A stretch of DNA of 64,000 bases from Chiloscyllium plagiosum (taxonomy: Eukaryota), in assembly GCF_004010195.1 (NCBI RefSeq), contig NC_057719.1, positions 27,525,458 to 27,589,457 on the forward strand, written 5' to 3'. Positions 25,329 through 38,205 of this stretch are shown here, one piece after another. The first letter of the stretch is position 1; each line of letters opens with the position of its first letter. Both the position numbers and the translations under genes were made by a program. The notes beneath the pieces were generated by a model that did not search any database, was not told where the DNA came from, and saw only the letters and a program-made list of their open reading frames with translations.

Positions 25329-26289
25329 TACCCTCAGGCAAACACTTAAGTGTAAAGTGAATGCAGTGGTAAAAGCTCTACAGACATTGCAATGACAGTC
25401 ATTTCTGTGGATCATTTCTCACTTATTTCTTTATCAGTCTAGCATTGTTTGATCAAATTAACACCTACAACCTGGACCGTCATCTCATGCAAGTATTGAT
25501 TTCTTAGAGGCAGCAACAGAAACAAAATTTGAAAAAGTTGATTTATAGCTATATCATTTTCCTATTCTATAATTTTCTATCCCAAATTAAATGAGATAGA
25601 AATTTCATCAGGTGTATTTTACATTTAGAGTACTCCACTAGACATTTATTCTCCTTTACAGAAATAAATAAAACTGCTCCCTGAAGCTGCGTCTCCATTC
25701 CTGAGGGGCTTGCACAGTGACAGTAATTCTGGGGAATTTTCTATGAAAAACTATTGTAAACAATTGGGGTTTGAGCTTCATGCCATCTTGTAACCAGCAC
25801 TGAAAATCTACAATCTACAGTGACACTCAGAGTAGGACAGAATATGAATGGCTCAAGAGGCAGCTTGAAACTACAGGCTTTACTATGAGCTGTTGGGATG
25901 CTGCACCTAATTAATGTTACTGAGAATTCCCCAGATCTACAAGATTAACATTTTTAGGAAAAACTTTAAAGAGATTTCAAATATAATTTATTCCTATAAA
26001 AGGAGGGAGGGGTGTAATACCTTCAACAATAAAGTGTCTTCCACTGTAACGGAAGCAGATTAATTTGCAGTGAACATTCATTAAACCAGCAGTTACTGTC
26101 TGGGGTCTTCCTGCTGAAGTTAACTGGGGGTCCATTCAGTTATTGGATCCTCCTGGTGCTCAAATGCATGTAAATATAGTAATGTACAAGTAAGAGATAT
26201 GCCTTTGGTTTGTTTGTTGGTTAGAATCAAAGTTCAATGTAGTTCATTTTCTTCATATGCTATTATACAGAACCAAACTGTTATTATAA

Positions 26290-26335
26290 TTATGTGTGTT
26301 TATATACACACATACATATATACGTATTTATATAG
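26290..26335. repeat. Degenerate (TG/TA/CA)n low-complexity tract
   Basis: tatgtgtgtttatatacacacatacatatatacgtatttatatag. Confidence 0.6.
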
Positions 26336-26739
26336 AAAGGTTTCTTATGAATAAGGCACATTTTTGAAATAAAACAAGGTAAGCACTCTAATTTTAACAT
26401 TATCAAATATTAAAGAATAATCTGTACAATTTAGCTTTTAGAAAACATGTTACTTCTAGGTTTGGATCTGACAGTTTTAATTCAGACAATTATATCCAAA
26501 TAGAAGATATCTAGAAATTATTAAGTTGAAACTTCTTATGGACACCCTATCATGGTAAACTGAAAACTGGCTGAACATCCATAGAGTGAAAATTGCTGAG
26601 GAGGACAGATTTGGATGCAATCGGAGATTAATTGCAAGTGGCCAGTGTTAGGACTTTTGTTATTGACTTTTTTTTTAATTATCTAAATGGCAGTGGATAA
26701 TAATCTTAAAGCTTGAAACAGTACCAACATTTATGCAAA

Positions 26740-27390
26740 AGTTGGACTTTGGGATGCTTGACCACTACAAGCAGATCAAGGTGTACTTGTATTTGGCAAA
26801 CAAGGTTCAATTTAAAAAGGTGCAGCAACATGCGTATGAGAAATTCAAACATGCAAATAGTCTATAGTGAGGAGAATTAAAGTCACTGGCTGATCTATGG
26901 TAAATGCTAGATTTAAATCAAATAACGTTGTAGGGTGTATTCTGCAAGGTTATTCACTATAAGGCAAGACATGTCATCATGCCCTTGTGTGCAAGACCTT
27001 GGTGAGCCCAATTTGGTAAACCTTTCGTCAAAATTTGGCCTCTAACAACCTGGGAATATTGAGCCTTCGGAAAGAGTGCAGAAGAGGTCTACTCAACAAA
27101 TTCCAAGTTCAAAACATCTTACTCAGCCAGATAGGTTCAATGAGTTTTATCTCTATTTTAAACACACTATAGACTTATGAGTGGTTTGTTTAATGTTTAT
27201 AAAACAAAGGGACTAGATGTGTTTATACGGGCCAATTAGGTAACTGATAGAGGAAAAGGGCTCACTGTTAATCATTAGGATGTTAGACAGTTCTTCTTTG
27301 CCCAGAGATGAATGGAGTTATGAAACAGGTTTCTGAATTATGCAGTAAACATTGAGTCAATTAATTCACACACAAAAATAGAGATAGACT
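26740..27390 (+). mobile_element. Very old CR1-like LINE remnant
   Basis: Degenerate accttggtgagcccaattt, gaaagagtgcagaagagg and gacagttcttctttgcccagag motifs in CR1 ORF2 order. Confidence 0.5.
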
Positions 27391-27394
27391 TGTT

Positions 27395-29070
27395 TGTGGC
27401 TGTCGCAGAGATTACTTAAATTACTGCCAAGGACCAGCACATCCCTCCCAGATCGTCTCAATGCCATCTATGCTCGCTTTGAGCAGAACTTCGGCGGAGA
27501 GGTAACACCTATTCCGACAAGTCCTGACGAACCTATCCCAACAGTCACTGTATCAGAGGTCGGGTCAGTTTTCCTTTGTGTGAATCCAAGGAAAGCGATG
27601 GGACCAGATGGAGTACCAGGCCATGCACTCAGAGCATGCACAGGTCAACTGGCAGAGGTCTTCTCGGACATCTTCAACATGTCCCTGCAGCAGGCAAATG
27701 TTCCTGCCTGTTTCAAGAGGCCAACATCATCCCTGTGCCTAAGAAAGCTCATGCAGCATGTCTCAATGACTACTGCCCTGTGGCCCTAACTTCAGTGGTC
27801 ATGAAGTGCTTTGAAAGGCTGGTCATAGCATTAATCAACTCCAGCCTCCCCACTACTCTTGACCCAATCCAATTTGCCTATTGGACCAACAGATCCATGT
27901 CAGATGCCATATCACTTGCCCTTCACTCCTCCCTAGAACATGTTGTCACCAAGAACAGCTACATAAGAATCCTACTCATTGACTACAGTTCAGCTTTCAA
28001 CACTGTTATCCCCTTGATATTGAGTACTAAACTTAGTGATCTCGGACTAAGCCCCACTCTCTGCAACTGGATCCTCATTTTCCTGACCGACAGGCCACAA
28101 TCAGTGAAGAGTGGGGACAATATTTCATCCTCATTAACACTCAACACTGGAGCCCCCCAGGCGTGTGTACTCAGCCCCCTACTGTACTTGCTGTATACCC
28201 ATGGCTGCATTGCAAAATACCAGACTAATGCCATTTGCAATTTCACTGATAACACCACCATAGTCGGTCAAATCTCAGATGGCAACAAAACAGACTACAG
28301 ACCTGGTGGAAGACCTGGAAAAATGGTGCACTGAGAACAACCTAGCTCTCAATGCCAGCAAAACCAAGAAACTCATTATTGACTTTTGGCAGGATGATAC
28401 TCATGCCCCCCTACACACTAACAGCACAGAGGTGGAACAAGTGGAGAGTGTCAAGCTCCTGGGAGCGGTCATCCACAACAAGCTTTCTTGGACTCTTCAT
28501 GTGGACGCACTGGTTACAAAGGCCCAACAACGTCTCTTCTTCCTAGGCAGCTGAGAAAATTTGACATGATGGCGAATACCCTTGGCAACTTTTATAGGTG
28601 CGCCATCAAGAGCATCCTGTCTGGATGTATCACTACCTGGTATGGCAACTGTACCATTCAAGATCAGAGATGGTTACAGAGAGTAACTTGGCCACAATCA
28701 CAAAGGCCAATCTCCCAGCTATAGAATCCATCTACCAGGCCCACGGTCAAGGAAAGGCCGCCAGCATTCTCAAAGACCCATCCCACCCTGGTAATGCTTT
28801 TCTACAACCTCTACCATCAGGGAGAAGGTACAGAAACCTGAACACATGTACCAGCCGGTTTCATAATCGTTTCTACCCCACTGTTGTTAGAATACTGAAG
28901 GACTCACAGAGTCTTAACATTGCCCTGTACCTGTGTTTTTGTTTTGCCGCTGTTTACTTATTATTTACTTATCTATGCTATTTACCTATGTGATCTGCCT
29001 GTATTGCTCACAAGATAAAGCTTTTCACTGTGCCTCGGTATACGTGACAATAAATTAAATTCAATTCAAT
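27395..29070 (+). mobile_element. Rex1/Babar-clade LINE, 5'-truncated, few frameshifts
   Basis: LNAIYARFEQ...[42 protein letters not shown]...[22 protein letters not shown]...LDPIQFAY...[16 protein letters not shown]...[32 protein letters not shown]...LPSGRRYR; tail caataaattaaattcaattcaatt. Confidence 0.9.
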
Positions 29071-29239
29071 TTATAGTACAGAACCTACGTGGTATCCTGA
29101 ACTAAGGAGAGGAAAGTTGAGGGAAAACACAAAGGAATTTTCCATTTCTCTCCCCGAATTGACCTGGCTTGTCAGTGTACATTCCATGTATTATCATGCC
29201 TCAGACATTACAACTGTGTGGGACAGGAAGGACAGACTA

Positions 29240-29460
29240 CAGGTAGTTCTTCTATGATGCAATGCGTGCGTTCTTGTGCAAACCCGCGTTATAGAAAAAT
29301 CAAGCTTTAGAAACAGTGCTTAAGGTGTTGGCAATGCAATCGCGTTACAGCCAACACATGTTTTAAAAGTTCGCACTTTAGAAACAGTGTACCTAATTTG
29401 TCAATCGTGTTATAGCGAATTTGTGTGAATGAAAGCAGAACATTATAGCAGAACGACCTG
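29240..29460. mobile_element. Non-autonomous Tc1/mariner (Tigger/pogo-like) MITE, 221 bp
   Basis: TA|caggtagttcttctatgatg ... cattatagcagaacgacctg|TA: 20-bp imperfect TIRs beginning CAG and a TA target-site duplication. Internal direct repeat ctttagaaacagtg x2. Confidence 0.8.
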
Positions 29461-29676
29461 TAATGAGTATATTTAATCTTCAATGTTAATTGGTTCACAT
29501 ATACCCAAACTCTAAAGGTCTTGGAATGAGATTTTAGTCATGGTGAAAGTATGTGCTTGCATTCTTGAAGGGAGAATGGGGAAATGTGAAAGTAATTGTG
29601 AAAGGGACTATATGAGCAAACATTTCATTGAATATACCACAACTGTTCTGTTGTAATAAAGATTTATTTCACTAAC

Positions 29677-29866
29677 CAGGTGGTCTGTTCAGAGCCAAGT
29701 TTCGGAAGTGACTGCCTTTGATTACTTCAACAGAAAGTCTTCCTGTCGTGGCATTGTAAGATAATCCAACAAGTAGTTCTGGTGTTCCACCATGTGAAAG
29801 CGACTGTGTAGACGAAGCACTGTCACTGTGAGAGATGGCAGACAGGCTGATCTGTGAATCTCCACT
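29677..29866 (-). CDS. syt16: Synaptotagmin-16, coding exon 5 (190 nt; linker and start of C2B); not in the ORF track
   Basis: Acceptor tgctgtccgacag|AGT, donor CCT G|gttagt. Hand translation [63 protein letters not shown]. Phase 0/1. Confidence 0.96.
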
Positions 29867-31142
29867 CTGTCGGACAGCAAAACATTACCTTTAACCTGAA
29901 ATACTCAATTAACATTTCTCCAAATACTCAGGTTCAGTATTTCAACAGGTAGTCAGAAATATCATCAGTTCAGTCTGCAGTGGATCGTAAGATAGTAACA
30001 GAGGTGACATGATTCATCAGTGCAATATCTAAATTAACTAATATGTTTCCTGTCTTTAAGTAGAAGGCACTCACAGCAGTATGTATCAGGAAATTGTGGG
30101 TGTGCAGACTGTCATTTTCCATCTCCCTTAAAGGACACGATCATGTTCAGGAAGGATTGCCCAAAAACAAAATCATTCTGTTAGCAAGACGACTGAATAT
30201 CCTGTGGCAGGGCCCACAGTTGTCCTCTGAACTATCATTATTATCTTGGTGTTGCTGTTTTTTTTCCCTGGATGTCTTGCCTGTTCTGACCTCTCTTTTA
30301 AAAATACTTTTCCATTATCTCTGTCTTACTGTTGTTTCTGCCTTTTGGTCCGTCCATCCAGCTGCAAACTATATAATCATGGGAATGGTCGGAAAAGCAG
30401 ACACTGACAGCTGTGGGCTCCACTTTCCAATGGGCAAAGTGGAAATTGCAGCTCCTAGCAGATCGCTTCTTACTCTCTCTCCTTGTACACTCTCATCACA
30501 TCCTTCACCTATTCAGTTAAATCAGTCCTTTTTAAGCCAGTCCCTCAGTCACATTGCCAACCCCAATCACTTTCATCACTCACCCTACCTCTCTTTGGTT
30601 GATCTGCTAAACTGCTAAATATTTGCTATACCTTCCTTCTACCTCGCTCTATACTCACTGAGTTCATTTTATGTCCACCTTTCTCCAATTCCCCCCAAAG
30701 AGACAAATAGCAAATGAGGTGGGATATCATTACCTTAACCTTTTTCATTCAGTCCAAGCGCTTCCAAAAACATTGCTTTTTTTCAAAATAACTCAAAGTA
30801 AGAGGAGATTAGACACTCCTTGTGTTTCTTTCTCTCACACAGGTGACAAATCAGTAGAAACTGTACATTTTTCACACCAAAAGTATGATAAGTGAATAAT
30901 TTCCATTGCTTGAAAAGAACATTGATAAATTAAGAAGACAACACCGCAGCTTAAAATGGTTACTGATTTTCATAGAGCACCAAAAAAAAACAACAGTTTT
31001 GTGATCAGTACAGTCTGTAAAAACTTCTCACTTACACAAATGTACGTGTAGCTTGTGTTAAAGAAACTCAATGAGAACTACATCTGGAAAAAGAGCTTCT
31101 GAAATTTGACTTCCAGTTTTCCTTCTAAATCAATTGAGCATC

Positions 31143-31423
31143 TAGGGTGGGGGAGTCCAAAACTAGAGGGTATAGGTTTAAAGTGAGAGGGGAAAGGTTT
31201 CTAAAGGACCTGAAGGGTAACGTTTGCCACACAGAGGGTGGTGCATGTATGGAATGATCTGCCAGAGGAAGTGGTGGAAGCAGGTACAATTACAGCATTT
31301 AAAAGACATGGGTATTTGAAATAGGAAGGATTTAGAGGGAAATGGGCCAAATGCTGGCAAATGGGACTAAGTCAGAGCTGGACCAAAGCGTCTGTTTCCG
31401 TGCTATATGACTCCATGACTTTA
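31143..31423 (+). mobile_element. CR1 LINE 3' end
   Basis: ggggagtccaaaactagagggtataggtttaaagtgagagggg...gtatggaatgatctgccagaggaagtggtgg...tatgactccatgact. Confidence 0.85.
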
Positions 31424-31604
31424 TGGTGAAGGCCAAAGGACAACATCTCTACAATAATTAGCGATGTATCATAGAAGCTTAGCTAATGTATACACACTAA
31501 GACTGCATCGTTCAACTAAAAAAGACAAGAACAGCCAAGATATTTTAAAACAAATTCAGTGCGTATTCGATGAAACCCTCAACAATGTCTTTAGAAAACA
31601 CAAT

Positions 31605-31938
31605 GGGGCAGCACGGGGTCACAGTGGTGACATTGCTGCCTTACAGCACCAGGGACCTAGACTCTCTTCCAGTCTCAGGTAACTGTGTGGAGTTTGCATT
31701 TTCTCTCTGTGTCTGTGTTTCTACTGGGTGCTCCAGTTTCCTCCCACAGTTCAAAGATATGCAGGTTAGGTTAATTGGCCACTCTAAATTGCCGAAACTA
31801 GGTGGGTTAACTATGATAAATGCAGGGTTACAGAGAAAGCGTAGGTGGCTGGGAAGGGGTGGGATGCTCTTTAGAGAGTCAGTGCAGATTCAATAGGTCG
31901 AACAGCTTCTTTCTGTTCTGTAGGGATTATTTGATTCT
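31605..31938 (+). mobile_element. HE1 SINE, diverged
   Basis: ggcagcacggggtcacagtggtgacattgctgccttacagcaccagggacc...ggagtttgcattttctc...caaagatatgcaggttagg. Confidence 0.85.
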
Positions 31939-32115
31939 GTAAAAAGCTCAAATTTTGTCATTGTGATACATGTATCATCTCATTTCATTTTTGGTTAGAT
32001 TGTTATTTCAGGCGTTCAAACTTTCAATTGCTAAGAAATAAAGGGTGGATTTTTTTTTCTGAAAACATTTGGTGGGACGGTTGAACTTGGGGGGAGAATA
32101 GACGACCCTATGTTA

Positions 32116-32661
32116 TAGAACATAGAACATAGAACAATACAGCACAGAACAGGCCCTTCAGCCCACGATGTTGTGCCGAACATTTGTCCTAGCTTAAGCA
32201 CCCATCCATGTACCTATTCAATTGCCACTTAAAGGTCACCAAAGATTCTGACTCTACCACTCCCACAGGCAGTGCATTCCATGCCCCCATCACTCTCTGG
32301 GTAAAGAACCCACCCCTGACATCTCCCCTATACCTTCCACCCTTCACCGTAAATTTATGTCCCCTTGTAACACTCGGTTGTGCCCGGGGAAAAAGTTTCT
32401 GACTGTCTACTCTATCTATTCCTCTGATCATCTTATAAACCTCTATCAAGTCACCCCTCATCCTTCACCGTTCCAACGAGAAAAGGCCTAGCACTCTCAA
32501 CCTATCCTCGCATGACCTATTCTCCATTCCAGGCAACATCCTGGTAAATCTTCTCTGCAACCTCTCCAAAGCTCCCACATCTTTCCTAAAGTGAGGCGAC
32601 CAGAACTGCACACAGTACTCCAAATGTGGCCTAACCAAAGTCCTGTACAGCTGCAACATCA
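32116..32661 (-). mobile_element. Young CR1 LINE, 5'-truncated, with (CATAGAA)n tail
   Basis: ORFs 32189-32461 and 32465-32788 (LMLQLYRTLVRPHLEYCVQFWSPHFRKDV; RGDLIEVYKMIRGIDRVDSQKLFP); many CpGs retained. Confidence 0.92.
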
Positions 32662-32810
32662 AACTTTTCACATTTCTGACAACAGTGGGAATAGTAGGCT
32701 TCATGTCTAGTGCGTTACCCCAATGAGTTGTGTCAGGAACAATAATAACAATTGCTTTCATAATAACGTCAGTTGGGTGTTTTAACAATTAAGCTTCATG
32801 GCATAACAAT

Positions 32811-33900
32811 CTCTCAACCTATCCTCGTACGACGTATTCTCCATTCCAGGCAACATCCTGGTAAATCTTCTCTGCACCCTCTCCAAAGTTTCCACATCTT
32901 TCCTAAAGTGAGGCGACCAGAACTGCACACAGTACTTCAACTGTGGCCTAACCAAAGTCCTGTACAGCTGTAACATCACTTCACGACTCTTGAATTCAAT
33001 CCCTCTGCTAATGAACGATAATACTCCATAGGCCTTCTTACAAACTCTATCCACCTGAGTGGCAACCTTCAAAGATCTATGTACATAGACCCCAAGATCC
33101 CTCTGTTCCTCCACCTCACTAAGAACCCTACCGTTAACCCTGTATTCCGCATTCTTATTTATCCTTCCAAAATGGACAACCTCACACTTGGCAGGGTTGA
33201 ACTCCATCTGCCACTCCTCAGCCCAGCTCTGCATCATATCTAAGTCTCTTTGCAGCCAACAACGCCCCTCCTCACTATCCACAACTCCACCAATCTTCGT
33301 ATCATCTGCAAATTTACTGACCCACCCTTCGACTCCCTCTTCCAAGTCATTAATATAAATTACAAACAGCAGAGGACCCAGAACTGATCCCTGCGGGACT
33401 CCACTTTTAACTGGGCTCCAGGCTGAATATTTGCCATCTACCACCACTCTCTGACTTCGACCGGTTAGCCAGTTTTCTATCCAATTGGCCAAATTTCCCT
33501 CTATCCCATGCCTCCTGACTTTCCGCATAAGCCTACCATGGGGAACTTTATCAAATGCGTTACTAAAATCCATGTATACTACATCCACTGCTCTACCCTC
33601 ATCCACATGCTTGGTCACCTCCTCAAAGAATTCAATAAGACTTGTAAGGCAAGACCGACCCTTCACAAATCTGAGCTGGCTGTCCCTAATCAAGCAACGT
33701 CTTTCCAGATACTCATAAATCCTATCCCTCAGTACCCTTTCCATTACTTTGCCTACCACCGAAGTAAGACTAACTGGCCTGTAATTCCCGGGGTTATCCC
33801 TATTCCCTTTTTTGAACAGGGGCACAACATTCGCCACTCTCCAGTCCCCTGGTACCACCCCCGTTGACAGTGAAGACGAAAAGATCATTGCCAACGGTAC
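32811..33900 (-). mobile_element. Young CR1 internal fragment with an uninterrupted RT domain but no 3' end
   Basis: Open frame through VPGDWRVANVVPLFKKG...PGNYRPVSLTS...YMDFSNAFDKVPH...GVPQGSVLGP...KFADDTK...LERVQRRFTRMLPG (ORF 32782-33939). Confidence 0.92.
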
Positions 33901-34667
33901 TGTGGTTATGATGTAATGGAACAAATCAAAAGTCCACACTAGAAGTTAGGGTGCCACCCATTGGTGTAGCAGGAAAACATAACACCTCTATGTTAAAGGC
34001 AATAGTGAAAGGTTAATTGAGATCTTCACAATCATTTAAATAACCATTCTGAATGATGCCCATGCAAGCAATGTAGGAATGAAAAGTTGTTCTACCATAA
34101 CTTTACTAATAATTAACTAAACTTCTCGCTACTATCTTTATGAACTGTCAATTCTGTCCAATCAGCAATTTTGGAACTATTAAATCATTTAATTTATATT
34201 TGCTGACTATAGTGTAATTAAAGGCCCTTCAATCAGACTGGACAATTACATTCTCAGAGGAAAACAGTAAGAAAATTTCAGATAAACCAGCAATGGCCCT
34301 TCAATGGTTAACAGGTCACTCATTTTTATTAACCTGCCTGCTTTTGAAAAAGAGAGGATTTTTCTGAATGTTGACATTTTAGATGGAACAGGTTTACTAC
34401 AACTATTGAATTTATCCATTTAGATTCATCTAAAATAAAAGCGGGGTGAGACGAAGATGTTTCCTTTGAATAGCTGAAGATGAAAAGCATCATGGGGAAA
34501 GTGCAAGGGAGTGGAACTGGAAGGACAACTCTTTACAGGAGTTAGCATCAACACTATGGGCAGGATGGCCTACTTTTATGTTGTTTGGTCAATGCTGCCA
34601 TCTCCCACAACTATAATTATGTTTCAGCAAAATGTTTGTTTAATTTGTTTCTCATCATCGTACTTAC

Positions 34668-35111
34668 TGTTATGTTACTCCTTGGCTCTAGAACTAGTGA
34701 AACTTCCATTTCTCCCTCCTGGTTTAGATTCCTGAGGTAAAACAACTTCTCCCCCATCATTTTCACTCGATTCATCTTCCTCACTGCATACAGGCGAAAG
34801 CGGAGAGCATGATTATGCAGGTCCTCTGGCTCCACCTTATTAAACCTAAAAGTCTCGTTGAAGACTGGCATAGGTCCCCGCTGTACATTGGTTTTGGAAC
34901 GCTGCTTCTTGCCCGGCAAGAGGACCGTATGAACTTGCCAAAAATTTGCCCCACTGCGGTCCTTATCTGGGATGTTTTTAGCTGTAACTATTGTAACAGC
35001 CAGTTTGTGGTTGGAGGGTTTGTAATTGAATGTGAGGTAGAGGTCTCCACATTTTGAAATTGGCTCAGGTGGGTCCTGTTGCTGAGGAACTGTTGGCTTT
35101 CCCTCTGTCTC
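34668..35111 (-). CDS. syt16: Synaptotagmin-16, coding exon 4 (444 nt; C2A domain)
   Basis: Acceptor catttttag|GAG, donor ATA ACA|gtaagt. Encodes ETEGKPTVPQQQDPPEPISKCGDLYLTFNYKPSNHKLAVTIVTAKNIPDKDRSGANFWQVHTVLLPGKKQRSKTNVQRGPMPVFNETF...RFRLYAVRKMNRVKMMGEKLFYL...LVLEPRSNIT. EPISKCGDL, PDKDRSG and LEPRSNI are SYT16-type. Phase 0/0. Confidence 0.96.
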
Positions 35112-37107
35112 CTAAAAATGATCAAAGTCTTGTGGTTAATATTTGTCTTAAGTAGAAAACATTCCATCATGCTGAGAAATTGTTTCAACATAAATTACTT
35201 GTAGTCATTTTGTTATAATCATTACATTTCTACTGGAGTCTGGCAGAGATGTCCAAGATCCAATGGAACAATTGAGCAGGGAATGTTCATAGATTAATTA
35301 AAGGATTAAAACTGGAAACAACAAATTAGTGGGATATGGATTTGTGATCATGGAGTAGAATTAAGATTCTGATGAGAAAACTACATTATTGATCACTGTC
35401 TAAGCAACATTTAACCTCTGGTCTTTATCACACTATATACAATATAACCATTAAATATAATTTGAACTTCTTTCTTTAGATGCATTAAAAATGTGGAATA
35501 TGCAGCTCTCTAAATACACAAAGTTAGGAAGTACTGAGGAAAGTTCAACATTTCAACGAATCAATGCTGGATTAGCCAATTTCAGTCAATGTGACAGTGG
35601 AGATGCTGCAAATGGACTCCTAAGCAGAGGATTAAACAAGTGGCCCTCAGACTCCAGCCGAAAACATGAGCATGTGTGCCCATAGGAACGACAGAGCTAT
35701 TGCATTAGAAGTGGATGTCCATCCACAAATGATGTACGACTTAATAATGCAAAGCAAATCAAATAGGAGGGGGTGAAAACAAACATAACTGCTACACAGG
35801 AAGTAATGAACTGAGAACATGTTGAAAAACAACCTACTTCAATAATGTATACAGTGACCTGGAAGAGAGTTAAAAACTGGAATTAAAGTGCTGGAACACA
35901 TTGTTCCTATGACCCTTTGTAGCAGTCAGTAAGAGGAAGCCTTCATTTCATTTTCTTCTGGCTTTGATTCAAAAGCCAAGGAATCGAGAGATGAAGTATG
36001 AGTGCACTGTTTTAAATCACTACTCAACATTAGCTTCGTCCTCCTCCCCCAATTTACTGCACTTAATACCTCAATCACAGAATGGTATTTTTCTAGTGTG
36101 CTCCAAATTGCTATTGTTCAGCATCTTGGCACAAGATCAAGGCTGCATTTGGAATTAAAAGATGAAGAATTCACCCTTTGTACTTTTTTAAAAAACTATT
36201 GCTTCTACGACAATGATCAAGGATCTATCCCTATAAATAGGTTTATAGAAGTAATTAGATCAAGAGCCTTGAAACCATGCATCAGACAGGCATCCAGTTA
36301 CTCGACTGAAACATAAAAAATGTGAAGACAGCTTGACAGAGGGGGGACAAAAATGTGATCAAATAACACAAGAAACTCAGAACAGCTAATCCAGTGTATG
36401 AGGTTACATAGCCTCCCCAAACATTGTAGAGCTGTTAGATTTAGCAATACTTTGTTCACCAGTTCTCACACAGATTCATTCCCTTCTTTCTTTGAAACTA
36501 AGAAAAACATGAAGCAGTATTGTAATATAATTCAAGCAAATAAAGGAGATGTTTCTTTGCACGCGTAATTTTTAAACAGAGGGTATACAATAACTATATT
36601 TCCGTGTTGTATGAGGATTTAGAAGTTCTGGAATGGCCTTTACCTGCTGGCCCTGATTTCTAAGTCAGTAATAGGACAATGACTGGTCAACAAGCCATGG
36701 ACAACCTGCTGTGGGTGGGCAGGAACACTCCGCCTCTGTCTACACTGAGGCTAGCAAGAATCCACTGTATGGAACAAGAATAGCAGAGTTTTCCTTTTTA
36801 ACGCAACACACCATGATACTGAATTACATTTAAACTTGCAATTTCCTGAACATGGGAATTTAATTGGATAGCTCTTTTAAAAAAAGAGTTTCTTCTGCGG
36901 TATATGAATTTTCCTTACTCATTCATGGGCTATGGGCATTGCCAGCTGGGGCAGCATTTATTACCTATCCCTAGCCAATTTTGAGGAGGTGGTGGCAAGC
37001 TGCCCTTTTGAACCACTGCAGTCCATTTGGTATAAGCACATTCACAATACTACAGGGAAGGAGATCAAGTATTTTGACCCAGAGACACTGAAGGAACAGT
37101 GATATGG

Positions 37108-38205
37108 TCATAATAAGACCATAAAAATACAGGAACAGGAGTAGACCATTCTGGCCTGCTCTGCCATTCAACAGGATCCTGGCTGATCTGACACTCCTCA
37201 TGTCCACACTCCTGTCACTCTTGATTCCCCTACTAATCAAAAAGCCATCTATCTCAGCTTAAATATATACAGAGACTGCCCCCACAGCTCTCTCTGGCAA
37301 GGAATTCAAAGACTCTCAATCCTCTGAAATAAGAAAATTCTCCTTGTCTCAGTCTTAAATTGGTACACCTTTATTCTGAGACTATACCCTCTGGTCCTAG
37401 ACTCTCCCATGAGGGGAAACATCCTGTCAGCATTTACCCTGTCAAGCCCCTTAAGAATCCTATATGTTTCAATGAGGTCACTTTTCATTCATCTAAACTC
37501 CAGTGAGTAGAGTCTCAACATGTTTAATCTGTGCTCACAAGACAATCTTTCCATAAGGATCATCCTGGTGAACCTTCGCTGAACTGCATCCAATAAAGTA
37601 ATGTCTTTCCTTAAATAAGGGAACCAAAACTGCTCACAGTCTCCAGATGTGATCGCATCAACACCCTGCAGAGTTACAGTAAGACTTCTCTACTCTTATA
37701 ATCCAACTCCCTTGAAATAAAGGCCACCATTTCATTAGCCTTCCTGATTACCTGTGAGCTAACTTTCCATGTTTCATGTACAAGCATCCCTTTGTGTTGC
37801 AGCTTTCTGCAGTATTTCTCCATTTAAATAATATTGTTCTTTTTCTCTCCGTTGCAAAATAAACAACTTCACATTTTTGCACATTATACTCCATTTGCCA
37901 ACTTTTTGCCCATTTAACCAATAAACATCTCTCTGCAAACTGTTTGTATCCCTCTCACAATCGGCCTTTCCACCTATTTTCGTGCTGTCTGCAAATTTGG
38001 CTGCAGTACATTCATTTCCTTCCTCTAAGTCATTAATATATAAACAGTTATGGTCCCAGCACCAATCCTTGTGAAACTTCACTGATTACAGGTCACCAAC
38101 CGGAAAAAGAACCCTTATCCCTATGTGCTGTTTCCTGCCCATTAGCCAATTCTCTATCTGTGCCAATATACTACCTCCAACACCGTGGGCTCTTAGCTTA
38201 ACCTT
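37108..38205 (-). mobile_element. CR1 LINE inserted in the second LINE family
   Basis: YINDLEEG...KFADSTKIGG; DLIETYRILKGLDRVNADRMFPLMGESRTRG; tail cataataagaccataa. Confidence 0.88.

Noticed and set aside
19908..29676. SYT14-type C2B insertion microexon (GLFCCLKHLIGGQVYIIR-like)
   Set aside because: No matching minus-strand sequence seen; exons 5 and 6 join in frame without it.
30094..30618. 174-aa plus-strand ORF and other short ORFs in unique DNA (e.g. 46548-46784, 49246-49533, 54547-54741)
   Set aside because: No domain similarity, non-ATG or weak starts, and low-complexity Leu/Ser bias; consistent with chance ORFs.
32782..33939. 385-aa RT ORF as a domesticated host gene
   Set aside because: Typical multi-copy CR1 ORF2 fragment whose ends run into flanking DNA; no endonuclease, promoter or splice evidence.
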